This document shows, one piece after another, positions 49,621 through 61,500 of a stretch of DNA of 64,000 bases. This DNA comes from Anthoceros angustus (taxonomy: Eukaryota > Plantae > Anthocerotophyta). The notes below the pieces were generated by a model, which saw only the letters and a program-made list of their open reading frames with translations, had not been told where the DNA came from and made no database searches. The position numbers were made by a program, and so were the translations under genes. The stretch covers positions 124,001 to 188,000 of the forward strand of contig VJWM01000007.1 in the NCBI GenBank assembly GCA_010909165.1. Reading direction: 5' to 3'. Numbering within the stretch: the stretch's first letter is position 1; each line of letters opens with the position of its first letter.

Positions 49621-51619
49621 ATGACCCCAGAGGCATCTCAGAAACAGTCTTCGGCTGCAAACCATAGTGTTGAAATGTCGGATATCGGGATGGGGAGGAA
49701 AGGTGCGTGAATTTGAAGGCCTAAGTGGCTGGACTGTTTCAGCGTAGGCTTTCTCGAAATTGCATTGCCAGCTCCTTTGGTTCACATTTCTTGAAAGCCA
49801 TCTATCACGAGGAACACCTTGTAATCATCTGGGGTGTGCGATTATCAACGCCATAGGGTCTTGATGTGCGAGCACTTGCACCTCCGGATGCAATGTGTCC
49901 ATCTCAAACTTGCCCACAATACCCATCCAGGCTCTTGGGATTAGGCGAGCCCCAGGTAGCCTGTAACCCACAACTTCAACAAGGGTGTCCATATTGCCCC
50001 ATCTTCCAGCTCACTTGCAGGTTAGAAACCATTCTTTGTCCAATCTTGTTTCCTCAACGGCTTGTGTGTCTCCTTGTGTGTCTCCTCATACGTGTATGGC
50101 GATGGATTGGGCTCAGGGTGCTCTTCTTTTGCTCCGAGACATTCCACTCTTCTCCTCTGTTCCTCCATGCGCTTTGGTGCTGTCTTTTTCTGAATTCAGA
50201 GACCCGCCTTGAACACCATGCAGGAGTTAAAAAGCACGGAAAAGATGGATTCATTGACACCAACATGCCACGGAAAACGCTCACCGGCAATGGAGATTCG
50301 AAACGCATCTCTCGGCGCCTTGATTTCGCGCCTTCTTCGCCTTCACCACAATCCGGGGTTGTCGGCAGCCGGCGTCTTTCTTCCGCCGTCCACTCGCCAT
50401 AATCCGCACCCTGCATGTCGTGACACACGGTGTGAGTTGGAGCAAAAAGCTAGCGATTGCCACAATACCTTCGATTTCGTCCCGCGATGGCGCCTCTAGC
50501 CCTCGGGCGTCCGCCAATCGCTCCGAGATGGGATTAGCCGAATTGGGCGAGTTGCGCCCAAGGTGCTGGCGCGATGGTGTGCTTCCGCGGATTACGCCGC
50601 GCCGCCCTGAGCACTCCGTCGAGCTTCACGCAAGAAAGCGCGCGGTGTGGGGCTCTCTCAAGTTATACCCTTTTTAGAAGCGGACATCCGTAAGAAACCC
50701 TAATGTGGTGGCCGTGAAATATAGACCAACGCCAATATTTAAACCCCAATACCTGTCTTATTTATACCGGATATGACACTATCTCGATCATTACGACCGT
50801 TATATCACAATAAATGCAATCTATTTTCGCTGGATATCCTCGCCGCCACCGAACCATCGATGCAATGGCGGTTGGTCGAGTGGATTGTCTGGTAGCATGT
50901 CTTATGCCCTCTTAATTGAATAGCGCATCGGGTGTTGGACGGCGGCAATAAGAGGGAGGTTTCGGTGGTTGAAGACCCATCCGGTATGTTCCAAGCTTGA
51001 TGTTCGTTGCCCGTGCCGATCGTCTAAGTCGGGCAGCAGATGCGCATTCTATCCATGGCTTGGGCGAGGATGAGGTATTCTCAAGTCAACAGGTGATCAT
51101 TTACGCTACGAATGTGGGAAGTCATTGCACGTCTGTTTGTTCTAACGCCTCCGTTGCGGAGGTCCTTGTTCATGGAGTCCGTGGGTGCAACAAGGTCCTT
51201 CTCATTCATGCGAGAAGAAGAAGGTCTTGGAAGGGACGGCGAAGGAACTCATGTGCACCATCGCTTGGCGCTCTAACTCAAGCCCGGCACAATCCCTACT
51301 AGAAGGTCATTTCTTTGATACCCACTCCATGCCTTTGCGAAGACCAAATGTCACTGGATCATGTATGGTTCACATTTCTTTGTTTGACTTGAATAGCAAG
51401 GTGTCACAAACGCGTAGAAATGGTCCCTTAAGCGTGCTTTGTTCCATGGGATGAAACCGATGGTCTTCCTTTGCGGGGCTAGGAGAACACACCGCACCCA
51501 ATGTAGGAATACAGATTTGCCACCTACTCCCGGAACTTGAATAGGTGTGTGGGTGGGTGGAAGCCAGTCGGAGGGAGAAAGGCGGTCGTACAAATCCAGC
51601 CTCCCAAGGTGATCGGATC

Positions 51620-54600
51620 TGTTGCGAGATGCGAACACCAGTGGTGGGCGGACGGTTCATTCCGTTGTTGATGTGCCGCATACACCTCGGAGGAAGCGAA
51701 ATGGTGTCTCTTATCGGCGAAGCCGATGAGTCGAGACAATGCGAGGCAGATGTTTTGCCGATTCAAAAGAGGCGAGCAGTGTCTCTTTCTGGGCGCGTGC
51801 TGATGGCGATTTGGAAGCCATCTTGCAACAAGTTGTGTCTTCCTATTTTGTCAAGGGATGGTCTTGAGAGCAGAGGACAAGGTTCTTGAGGCTAGCGGCG
51901 GAGCGAGTTATTCCTTCAATCTCTTGTTAGACCGGATGTGAATGCCAAATGCGAGACAAGGTTGTCACCTACATTATGGGAGAGCCCCGTGTTGCACAGC
52001 ATTTCGTCGAGTAGGCTCTGACGAGTTGAAGAGCGGTATTCTTGACGCACCTTGGGATGGGGCCAAGCCGAATCCTCGTGTGCAATCCTCACATGCTCTT
52101 CTGCGATCGCGTGGATGGACTCAACATTTCTTCATTGGCGGAAAGGTTGCCCAACGTTGAAGTGTACAACCTTAGGACACATTCACTAAACTTGAGGTTT
52201 GGAATCGATCATACGACATGGAACAAGCTGGGCTGCGGTTTGTGTCATATGCATATTTCACGAGGCTATGGGAGAAAATTTTAAGAGGGTGAAAATTCAA
52301 GTCCAACGGTTTTGACATGTGCGTTATGCGCGGGTTGAAGTACAACATCCGTCTGGTCATCGGATTGATCAAGGTATGCAGACATACGGTTCTCCGTCAT
52401 TTCACGCATAGAATCTTTGTAATAGGTATCATACTCTTTCGGAGCTAACCCTCTAAGCGTCGTGCCGTAGATGCAAAGGCGGAATCCCGCCCTAGCTTCC
52501 TGGCGGCAGCCATGTTGGAGCCATGGAATGAAGGCGGCGACATGCCGGTGCCCCAGTGGCAAACCTTGCGCTTCGATGAGAGACGCCGGCGTCTTGCCGC
52601 CGGGGCGCGCATGCGGCGCCATGCCACGTCGGCGGGCGGCCGGAGGCGGGCCGGTGCAGCGCCACTGTCCTCTAGGCGCCATGCCGTGCCAGGCGCCGGC
52701 ATGCCGGCGCTCTGCGGCATGCGGCGCCCTCTATGGCGGCGCGGCAGGGGCGCGCGGCGGCTGCGGCGCCCTCCCATCGTGCGTCGGGGCCGAGCCGGGC
52801 GGCCGGCATGCGGCGGCGCGGGCGCGCATGCAGCGCCGATTGGCGCCGGTAGCGGATGCCGGCGGTACCGTCGATTGCCGCGCGCCCTGCCGCATTAGCC
52901 GGATGGGAGGCGCCGGCGGTGCCGTCGGAAAGCGCCGGCATGCGGCGCCTACCGGTTCGGCATTACGCCGGATGGGGCGTCGGCCGTCGATTAGGCGCGG
53001 CATGCCTCCCGATCGGTTAGGCGGACGAAGGTCTCTGGCATAGTTGCACTGCCGGATGGTTGGTAGCCTTCCTCCTGTCATGCCTATCTTGGTGGAATGG
53101 CATTACGCGGGGTGCCTCGATGACATGTTTCCGGCATGTGGGGGAATAAAATGTTTGTATTTTTGAATGGGCTAACCCATTGTCGGACCTAACCCCGCTG
53201 TCCTTTCTAACTGGTTCAGTGCTGTGTTTAGCAGATGTATATCAGGACGCTTTAAATAAACATCGAACACAGTTGATGAACGAGAGGAAGAAGTTGATGA
53301 AGCATCGCACTAAAAGCTACACTGTCCCTCAGAAATACATATTACTATGCATTGACGGGATGGATCAGAAGAAGACGGAGTTGCCGCATATTTTGAGATG
53401 GCCGAAGGACCTGAAGGAGGACTGCCGCATAGCAGTCCACGTGGTGGGCTGCATGGTACACAATTATACTTTGAAAGCCAGGGCGTATCTCCACTTTGCG
53501 AATCTGAGGAATGATGCAAACTTGACTATTGCTATTATTCGTGGGCGTTATCCACACGTATAATGGGTTCCTTCCGAAAATTCTATATTTGCAATTTGGA
53601 TAACACATGCCGGAGAATAAGAACCTTGCTTTTGCGTACCTCAATATGCTTGTTGAGGTGGGCACCTTTGAAAAGGTGAAGGTCGGTTCTCCTCGTGGGC
53701 ATACACACGACCAAGTGGACGGATGTTCTGCTTTTCTAAACATCCAAGCACAAGGAGGTGAAAACCCTACCCTATGGAAACCTTGATAAGCAGTACGTAT
53801 CGCAACCCGGAGGTTCGGTGTTGGGGTTCCTTCGGACGTATGTCGGCCTATAACAAAGGCGGGATATCGATACAAGGCAGTGAAACAATTGAACAATCTA
53901 TCGTTTCAACATCGGTTCAAAATCACGAGAGGAGAAACGAATCGTGGGAAAATATGATTATCCGGAGTAAGCGATTCAACCTCTCTCGCTGGGAGTCAAG
54001 ATGGCTTGGAGTTCACGCGTTTGTTCGAGCGATATTAGCCGGCACCTTTGATGGCGCTCAAGCCAAGGACAAAAGAGGTGGTGTTGCGGGGATGACGCTA
54101 TTCGGGGTTGCTTACTTGCGGAAAGGAATGCTAAATCTACCAACATATGTCAAGAAGAAGAACAATGGTGGACAATGTTCGGAAGGATCGGAGGAGATTG
54201 CATGTATCGTAGACAACAATATTGGTCTTGTCTTTGGAAAAACCATGGAAGTGTACGACAACGACGCAACTCACTCCACCTCCGGTGGCGGTTGTTGTTC
54301 TAGATGAAGCATTGTTGCGGAGATTCCCCAAAGGGACATGTACTTAGGACCCCACCGGTGCGATCGTCAAGGACAAGAGTGTGAAAGGATGAATGGGGAT
54401 ATCATGGAGATAGAGAAAGGCATGTTCATTATAGCGCCTTGTGAGGGTGACATACACAGTAGCTTTACGGCTCGCAAAGGTTGTGGAAGTCCATTTCACC
54501 GCACTGATCCTTACTTGTGCATTGGTGGAGGACACACGAGGCCTACTGAAGGGAAGTATATGGCGGAAGTCATCCTCGAGTTGAGAACGGCGAAGGCCGT

Positions 54601-54620
54601 CACCCGAAAAGGAAGAGGGC
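51620..54620 (+). pseudogene. Sola-like (DUF7869-type) DDE transposase B, with an intron at about 52374-53234
   Basis: CCTAFRR; AERLPNVEVYNL; YFTRLWEK.FKRVKI...FDMC; LCIDGMDQKKTELPH (ORF 53180..53563); (L)DNTCR.NKN; FEKVKVGF..GHTHDQVD; C-terminal IEKGMFIIAP domain. Confidence 0.82.
52480..53050. repeat. Very GC-rich low-complexity segment rich in CGGCATGC(C/G)G, inside the predicted transposase intron
   Basis: Repeated GCGCCGGCATGC(C)GGCG at about 52690, 52715, 52800 and 52930. Confidence 0.7.
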
Positions 54621-55390
54621 AAACAACACAATCCACCTAATATCTGAAGTTATTCGTTCGGAAAAGCAGTTATCGTTTATTATGGGTTCAAGCACAAGGA
54701 AACATCTGTCTGCAGCAAGAAAGCGATCAAAGAGAAGATGAGTGCTCTGAGCCCACCTCAAGCCTGCAACCCGGATGGTGTAATGGACAGGCGATGAATC
54801 GAGCGAAGGCATATCTCGGAGGAGGGACTCGAGTCAGCGAGGAATGATCGGAATATGTGCCTTGTTCCAACGGGTTTGCAAGGTGCCTTGTCCACGACCA
54901 CTCGGAGGAAGCAACTTTTGTTCATTTTGTAGGTTCGTCCATGATCGTGTGCCCGTCGGCAAATGACTAGTCCTCTAAGGCCGGTCGATGCGATTAAAAC
55001 TTTGAAGAAGTGAGTCCTGATTGGCATCGAAAGTCATTCAACGTTGGCGCCTACGCGCGCCACTGGACAAGTCCCGGGCGGACGTGGGGCATGCCGGCGC
55101 CCGGATCGGCGGTTCTTCCGTTCGGCCGTCCTTTTAACCTATCTTGTTGTTCAAAACCTCGTCCACCATGTGCATATATGGGTGTATAGCAGAGTATACA
55201 TATGTGTCGCATTCCCTCAAAGGGGCCCGTGGTGCCACGGTCGTCGGATCTAATCGTATCGCATGGTCTAAGGACATGGGCATCGTTTCTAAAAAACAAT
55301 GCTCGTGCGATTAGGCGGACCCTTCTGTCACGAGATGTGCCGTCATAGCATATGAGGCGGTCACGACACCTATACATGCCATCTTAGTGT

Positions 55391-56068
55391 ATGCTCAAAT
55401 ATGGCTTTCGATACCCATCGAAAACCCTGTTTGCCGTATATTCAACTGAAAAGCCGCTTCATGTATATTCAGCCGCTTCAAATATTATGGTGTTCAACTT
55501 CCTGCAATTTTTGTGGAAGATTTCGAAAGGAGCCAAACCGGATTGGGGCACTATCATGTATGAGGCTTATATCCACCACCGGGAAAAGCTCCTTAAGCCG
55601 AATTCGGTGGATGAGGAAGGGCCAAGACCCTGTTATCTCAGCACCTATTTGGTGCATTTATGGGAGACGGAGGGGCTCTTGACCAGCAAGGAGCTTGAGG
55701 ATGCGTGGCATCCTTTTGAAGTCATTCACCTCCAGCCAAGCTTGGAAAGGCCTTTGCTTTTCGCCTTGAGGAAAACAATGGGGGGTCAGACCTCCACAAG
55801 CACGCCAGGACCAAGGGCGGAGGAGGTAGAGGCAACAAGGTTGCCGGAATGGGAAGTTTTTCCTTCCCAAGAGCGTGAGGAGGAGGAGCAAGGTCTGGCC
55901 GAGGAGGGTCGGATGGTAGTCTATGAGAGGAGGACTACCACGGTAGGAACGACGACTCCAAGGGTGGGGGGAGTCCCCACCATTGCATGGGTGCCTAGGG
56001 AAGAGGCACTTTCACCCATTCGGTGGGGGAGGCGGCCTACCGAGCGGGGTAGGCAAACTACCGTGTAG
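55391..56068 (+). CDS. Hypothetical retroelement-associated accessory protein
   Basis: 225-aa open frame (PDWGTIMY...CYLSTYLVHLW..EGLL) followed by coiled-coil fragments to about 56770, upstream of gypsy integrase remnants. Confidence 0.45.
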   Translation: MLKYGFRYPSKTLFAVYSTEKPLHVYSAASNIMVFNFLQFLWKISKGAKPDWGTIMYEAYIHHREKLLKPNSVDEEGPRPCYLSTYLVHLWETEGLLTSKELEDAWHPFEVIHLQPSLERPLLFALRKTMGGQTSTSTPGPRAEEVEATRLPEWEVFPSQEREEEEQGLAEEGRMVVYERRTTTVGTTTPRVGGVPTIAWVPREEALSPIRWGRRPTERGRQTTV

Positions 56069-58329
56069 GCGGGGCCACAGTAGGTAGGCGGACTGCACCG
56101 GTGGGCGGCCCTACATGCAGTGAGTAGGCTTACCCTGCAGGTAGGCAGGAAGCGTCTCTGGTAGGAAGAGCAGGAGGCTTGGCGCCTTGTGCGCCCAGCG
56201 CCCGACATACCCGCATTAGGTGGGGAGGCGGATGGGGCGGTAAGGGACCCACTGTAGCGGCCCGTGGAGTGCAAGCTGGAGATTTCCGGCCAAGAGGCCG
56301 GCAGCCCTAAATTCTTGTGAGTGCTTGTAGTACTCGGCGTAGACTGAAGGGGCTAGAACTAGCGGCCTCCCTATGGGCATGTCGAGGAAGTCAAGGCCCA
56401 GGAGATGACCGAGAGGAGAGCGAGGGACCAAATGGCGGTGGAGGCCATGGAGTCCGACGAGAAGGCGACCAAGTTGGAGAAGGGCGTAGAGAAGCGCGAA
56501 CGCATGATCTGTGGCGTGCGGAAGGTCCCGAGGGAAGGTTGTCACAAAGCGAGGAAGGTTGCAACATGTGTATTGCAGCAGGAGGCCTCAGACTTTGATG
56601 AGGCGAGTGACATGGACTCAGGAGTCTCGGAGAATCGAGGAAGGAGGAGGCTGCTGCCAAGGGTGGAAGATGGCGCGAAGAGCAAGGAGGGGATAGCCCG
56701 CCCTCACAGGGGGTCGACCTACCATGGTGATGACCTACCGCGATGGATACTGCAGACTACAGTGGAGGACTGACCACACTACGCCTGGTGTCCGCGGACT
56801 CAGGTAGGGCAGTGCCGATGGTATGAGAGCTGTTGGGGAGTCGGGCAGCGAGGCCCCGGTGAGATGAAGGGCCGGGGTCCGGTGAGTATACCTCGGAGGC
56901 GGTGGTGGTGGAGACAACCCCACGGAGGAGACTAAGGACGGTCCGGCCCGTCGAGGAAGGGGAGGTAAGAAATTCCCTCACCCCTCGGATAAGGAGAGCC
57001 AGGGCGGGAAGAGTCGAATGCAAGGGCCGAAGAGTTAGACATCGGCCGTGATTGGGGAGAAAGACTCTTTGAGAAATGCTCCCAAAGGTATGGACAAACC
57101 AAGCGGAGGATAGGAGCAAGGAGGATCTCCACCCGAGGAGACATCAGATGGAAGGAAGAAGAAGGAGAGGACGAGACTACCATGGTAGTCACGGACTCCT
57201 TGTGTGTGCCGAAGGAGAAGGCGCGACAGTGACGGAGGTGAAGGAAAGGCGCTGAGTGCGTGGAGGCGCGATTCTTTGGAGGAAGGAGGAATCAGGCGCC
57301 GCCCAGAGAGATGGAAGGAAGGCGGTACTTGCCCCACACATTGGAAGGCCAGGGATGCAGGAAGAGCAAGGAGGGAGAGCCAATCCCCGAACACGTCGCC
57401 ACCCCGGAGATAAGGACTAGTGAATGGTCAATGACCATAAATGAGCTTTAAGAATGGGAAGGATAGATGGTGTGACATCCTTTAAGGATGATCTTAGGTG
57501 AAGTTACTAGAATAGAATTTACCAAGGATCGGACAATAGACTTAGGTGCCAAGCATTAAATCTTGGCGGTAGGAAATAATAGAATATTGGAAAGGTGACT
57601 GCGGTGGGGTCACCTAGGGAGTGTGGAAGGCCTCCTATAAGGAGGAGGATTTCACAAAGTAAAGTATCATGTCTTGCGCTTCCATACTGAGTCCTTTGCC
57701 TTGTAAAGGAATTTCGTGCAGTGTGAGCCAGCGTCTGGTAGAGAGGAAGTCGCGGTGGTGGTGCTTGGTGGAGGGCTTGCTTTGCAGTGCGCCTAAGCAG
57801 TTACTCCCTTGTGAATAGTTCTTTGTGAAATTGCTTTGCTTTGGGTGTGTGGCAATGCCGAACTCTCGGCTTGAGGGTTGATAGGGGAAAGACTCCTGGA
57901 GGTTCTCCTGGTGTCAAACTCAGCAAGCCCAAGGAAGAACTTCTTTGGTGGAGGCCGACCCCAGGCGGTTGTGCCGTGTAGAGGCGGTCAGCGATGGTAA
58001 GGAGGTTAGAATAGGAGGAAGAGGATGAGGAGATGAGTAGAGGATTAGAGTGTAGGTGTTAGTGGAAGGCCCGTGAGCCTAAGGGAAGAATCCCAAATCA
58101 CTGCAAGTAAAGGCGCTCCACAGGTGGGAAGAGTGGTCTTAGAAGTAGGGACGAATGCGGTGTGGATCGGGGGTCCACAGGCGCCCGTGATAGGCTCCTC
58201 ATTGCTAAGGCGGGACACAATTGTGTTGTGTCGTTGTAGGTCGAGGATTGGCAATTTTCGGGCGGCAAGTGGTGTAGCCTAAGAGGGTGAGTAGAGGCGC
58301 CTTGCTTGTTTAGAAGGCTGAGAAGTGTG

Positions 58330-59451
58330 TGTGTCCTGAGTGTGATCGGTTATCCACAAGGACCTCGAACTTTCACACAAGTCTCATGGGACGAAACCCA
58401 GCGTCTGAGCGTTGGGATAAGTGTGGCCGCTAGAGTGGGAGAATCTCGGAGGCCCCGGGGTTTTCCCTACCACAGCAGATCACCGCCAAAAAGATTTTGG
58501 ATGTGGGGTACTGGTGGCCCACCATGTATGGAGAGACACACCAGTTTGTGAAGAAGTGTGATGCTTGTCAGCGGATCGAGAAGCCTACTCAACGACACAA
58601 GCTGTTGGTAGTGCCCATAATATGCCCGGCTCCTTTTCGAAAATAGATATTGACTTCCATCGGACCTGCTCGACCCTCGACGAGCACACCGCGTTAGAAA
58701 GATGCTCCTAGTGGCCGTTCTGCACGGTGGGTTGAGCGATGGTAGAACCCGGACTACACGCAGAAATGTAGTAAGGTTCCTCTGAAACATCATAACTGCG
58801 GTATGGATGTCCGTTGCGATTGGTGGCGATAGGGGAACTCATTTCCTCCAATGATGTGATAGGCTGCAATGACGGGTATTTTGGTATAAATCATCATGAG
58901 CGGCACCATACAACCCCAAGGCCAATGGGTTAACAAAGAAGACAAATGGACTTATCTGTCGCATTCTGAATAAACTCACGGTTAATTATGCGCACGACTG
59001 GGATACCAAGCTACCGGCCACACTATGGGCTTTTCGTGCGGAAAGGTGACCACCCAAGAACTCCGTATCGAATTTATCGACATTCCCTATTGATGCCGTC
59101 CCAAATACCAACATTAGGGTGATGATGGAGGCGGCGCAACGGGAAGAGAGTCTAATTAGAGCTGCTCGGGTTTATGCAAAGATACTGGAGGGATGGAGAG
59201 GCTCACAGAGAATGCCAGTGCATAACGCAAGATTTGGCACCGGCCGGAACCAAGAGTATGTAAAGGAGGGGACTCGCCTCCTCGATTCGGCCATCTACAT
59301 ACATTTTCCAGGCAAGCTCCATTTGAGGTGGATGGGCCCCTACTAGGTGGTACATGTCTACGACAATGGGTCCATCCAACTCAGGCAGTTAGATGGCGAG
59401 CTGCTACCTACCCGTGTGAACGGGTGGAGGGTGAAGAAGTACTATGCTTAG
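58330..59451 (+). pseudogene. Ty3/gypsy integrase, frameshifted
   Basis: KKILDVGYWWPTM...VKKCDACQR; PKANG...NYAHDWDTKLPATLWAFR; GKLHLRWMGPY; RVNGWRVKKYYA*. Confidence 0.9.
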
Positions 59452-59989
59452 TGTTGGCGGAGATGCCAACAGATGAGAAGGGGAGTGTGTGGACTGTGGG
59501 CTCTCCCCCTTAGAAAGATAATGAGCTCGTTTTTGTTTTTTTTGTTAGTGTGGAGTGGAAAATAAGGCGAAAAGGGAGAAATAAGGTCGGGAAAGGTGAA
59601 AAGGGAATGAACGACCGAAGAGCATAAGGCCGGAGTGGCTCCGGATTGCACTCCAGAGTAGGCTGGGTGACTATGGACTGTTCCGGAGTAGGCCGGGGTG
59701 AGTCCGGACTGTACTCCGGAGTAAGTCGCGATAAGTACGCTGGGAAAAGTAACTTTGGAAAGGGGGAGCGTGTTTTGGCAAGGGGGCCACGTGGACGGTG
59801 CTGAGAGGAGAACGGGCATGCAGCGGACCAGGACCGTAGGGTTGTCAGTGGCCGTTATGGGCAGGTAACCACGCCCCGGGTACATGCACCGTAAGGCTTA
59901 GAGTAGCGGCGGTGGCGGCGTAAGTAGAGTAGCGATGGCGGACTCGCGCTATGCGGCGAAGGATGCCCTCCGTGCTATTCCCAACGCGT

Positions 59990-60860
59990 TACCGAGAGAA
60001 GGCCATTCTCTCGACCGACTTCTGGTAGTTTTCAATACCGCTTAGGCACCTGCTCTCGGCGCTATCTCTTCCGGCGCCCAAGCGCAGTCGAGCGACCATC
60101 TTCCCGAATGAGCGTCGCTGGAGCGCATAGGAGTATGCAAGCCGCCAATCACGCCTGGCAAAGGTACAGCCAGGAATATAGGGCCCAGAAGGCGGCGGAG
60201 GTCGAAACGTCGGCCTAGTTGAGAAGAACATCGTCACCAAACGCTACCCGGACTTCGGACCTTGGCTGGAGGAGGCGGAGGAGTTGGTGCAGGACTGGCA
60301 CCAGGACGTCTTCCAGGCGGTATGGACGTTTGACAGTGTAGCGCTGGTCCGGGAGTACGCCCCGAAGATGTTCGCGGTGGCCAACAAAACCGTCCGCTCC
60401 AAGAGTCTGAGGGAGGTTCAAGGAGATGGACCATGGAGGTCCTGCGGGCGTGAGTATCACCTGGTGAAGAGATTAAAGGCGTGGTCCCAACCACTAAGGT
60501 GAAAGGGAGGGTGGAAGCGGCCAAGGCGGCGCTTTGAGGCCGGGACGCAGCTGTCCTCAAATGGGTGGTCGGCTCGGACCTATTGGATCGACCAGGTGAG
60601 AGCGGTGTGAAGTCATCGTGCATTGGAACATGCTCACCAAGGTGGACCACCTTGGTGACAATTTTTGTGTTCCTCCACGCCTGCAGCGGGGAAAAGCCCG
60701 GACGGGAAGGATCATCTCGCCGGATCAACTAGGAGGCAGGTGAAGTCAGAGGCGAGCTGGCCAAGTCTGTCGCCATTTATTGTCCACGTGCAGGGACACC
60801 TCAACCTCAAGGAAGGAGAAGAAGAAGGCGGCGCTCGAGGAAAGGGTTGGTAATAGCGTC
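59990..60860 (+). pseudogene. Sense-strand accessory ORF in the gypsy 3' region
   Basis: LVEKNIVTKRYPDFGPWLEEAEELVQDWHQDVFQAVW; homologous to 20300-21000 (-). Confidence 0.6.
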
Positions 60861-61169
60861 TCTCTCGGCATAGGGTTATTCTCCATTAAAGGGTTTGGGT
60901 CCCTAAAGACCAAAAATGACCCCAGCAGGCCAAAATGCATCATCTTTAGCAAAACCACTCTTTAGACATGAAAGACATTGACCATGTTATTTTCTCGTGA
61001 ATACTTACGCTATGAGGTTTAAGCGAAGAAGGTTCGCGGATTTCACCTTCACAAGGAAGGGATTTCAAGGATTTTTAAGTGCTAGGAATCCTAAACACCT
61101 CTTTCGATAGTACTTCCTAGCGGGGTGAGCGATGAGGCAAACCAAACAAAATTAGTCCAGACAAAAAAG

Positions 61170-61500
61170 CTACGGACGTCCGCAACCAACACATAAAGTA
61201 GCAATTAGAAGAAAACAGCTGGCGGACGTCCGGCGGTGAAGAACATTAATGCACGATCATGGCCATCTCGAGAGGACCAAACTACGACTCTAAAAGTAGC
61301 GGGGCGTCGGTGCATGTGAGTACACAACCGGATCTCCATTGTTAGAGTGAAAAACATAGAAGGAATTGGAGCAATCGCGGACGTTCGGCACATTGGCGAG
61401 TCTGCTAAACTGCGCCGGACGTCCGGCGCATTTCTGAGACCCCAATCTTGCGGGCGTCCAAGATGGAAATGGTGGAGTGGATCGGACGTCCGGCGCACAT
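61170..61500. repeat. Cluster of CGGACGTCCG palindromes
   Basis: Perfect copies at about 61174, 61222, 61415 and 61483, plus a variant at about 61378. Confidence 0.85.

Larger units (their letters stand above)
46400..54650. mobile_element. Element B: second, diverged member of the ParB-MTase/Sola-like transposon family (termini not found)
   Basis: Same two genes in the same head-to-head order as element A, with shared motifs and a shared transposase intron position. Confidence 0.75.

Noticed and set aside
52281-53081. Several long overlapping Arg/Ala/Gly/Pro-rich ORFs on both strands
   Set aside because: Artefacts of extreme GC content (few stop codons) in a probable intron; no recognisable domain
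60845-60870. TIR of a third element matching element A's TIR
   Set aside because: Only about 7 of 11 bases match (AATAGCGTCTC versus AACAAGGTCTC) and no partner end was found
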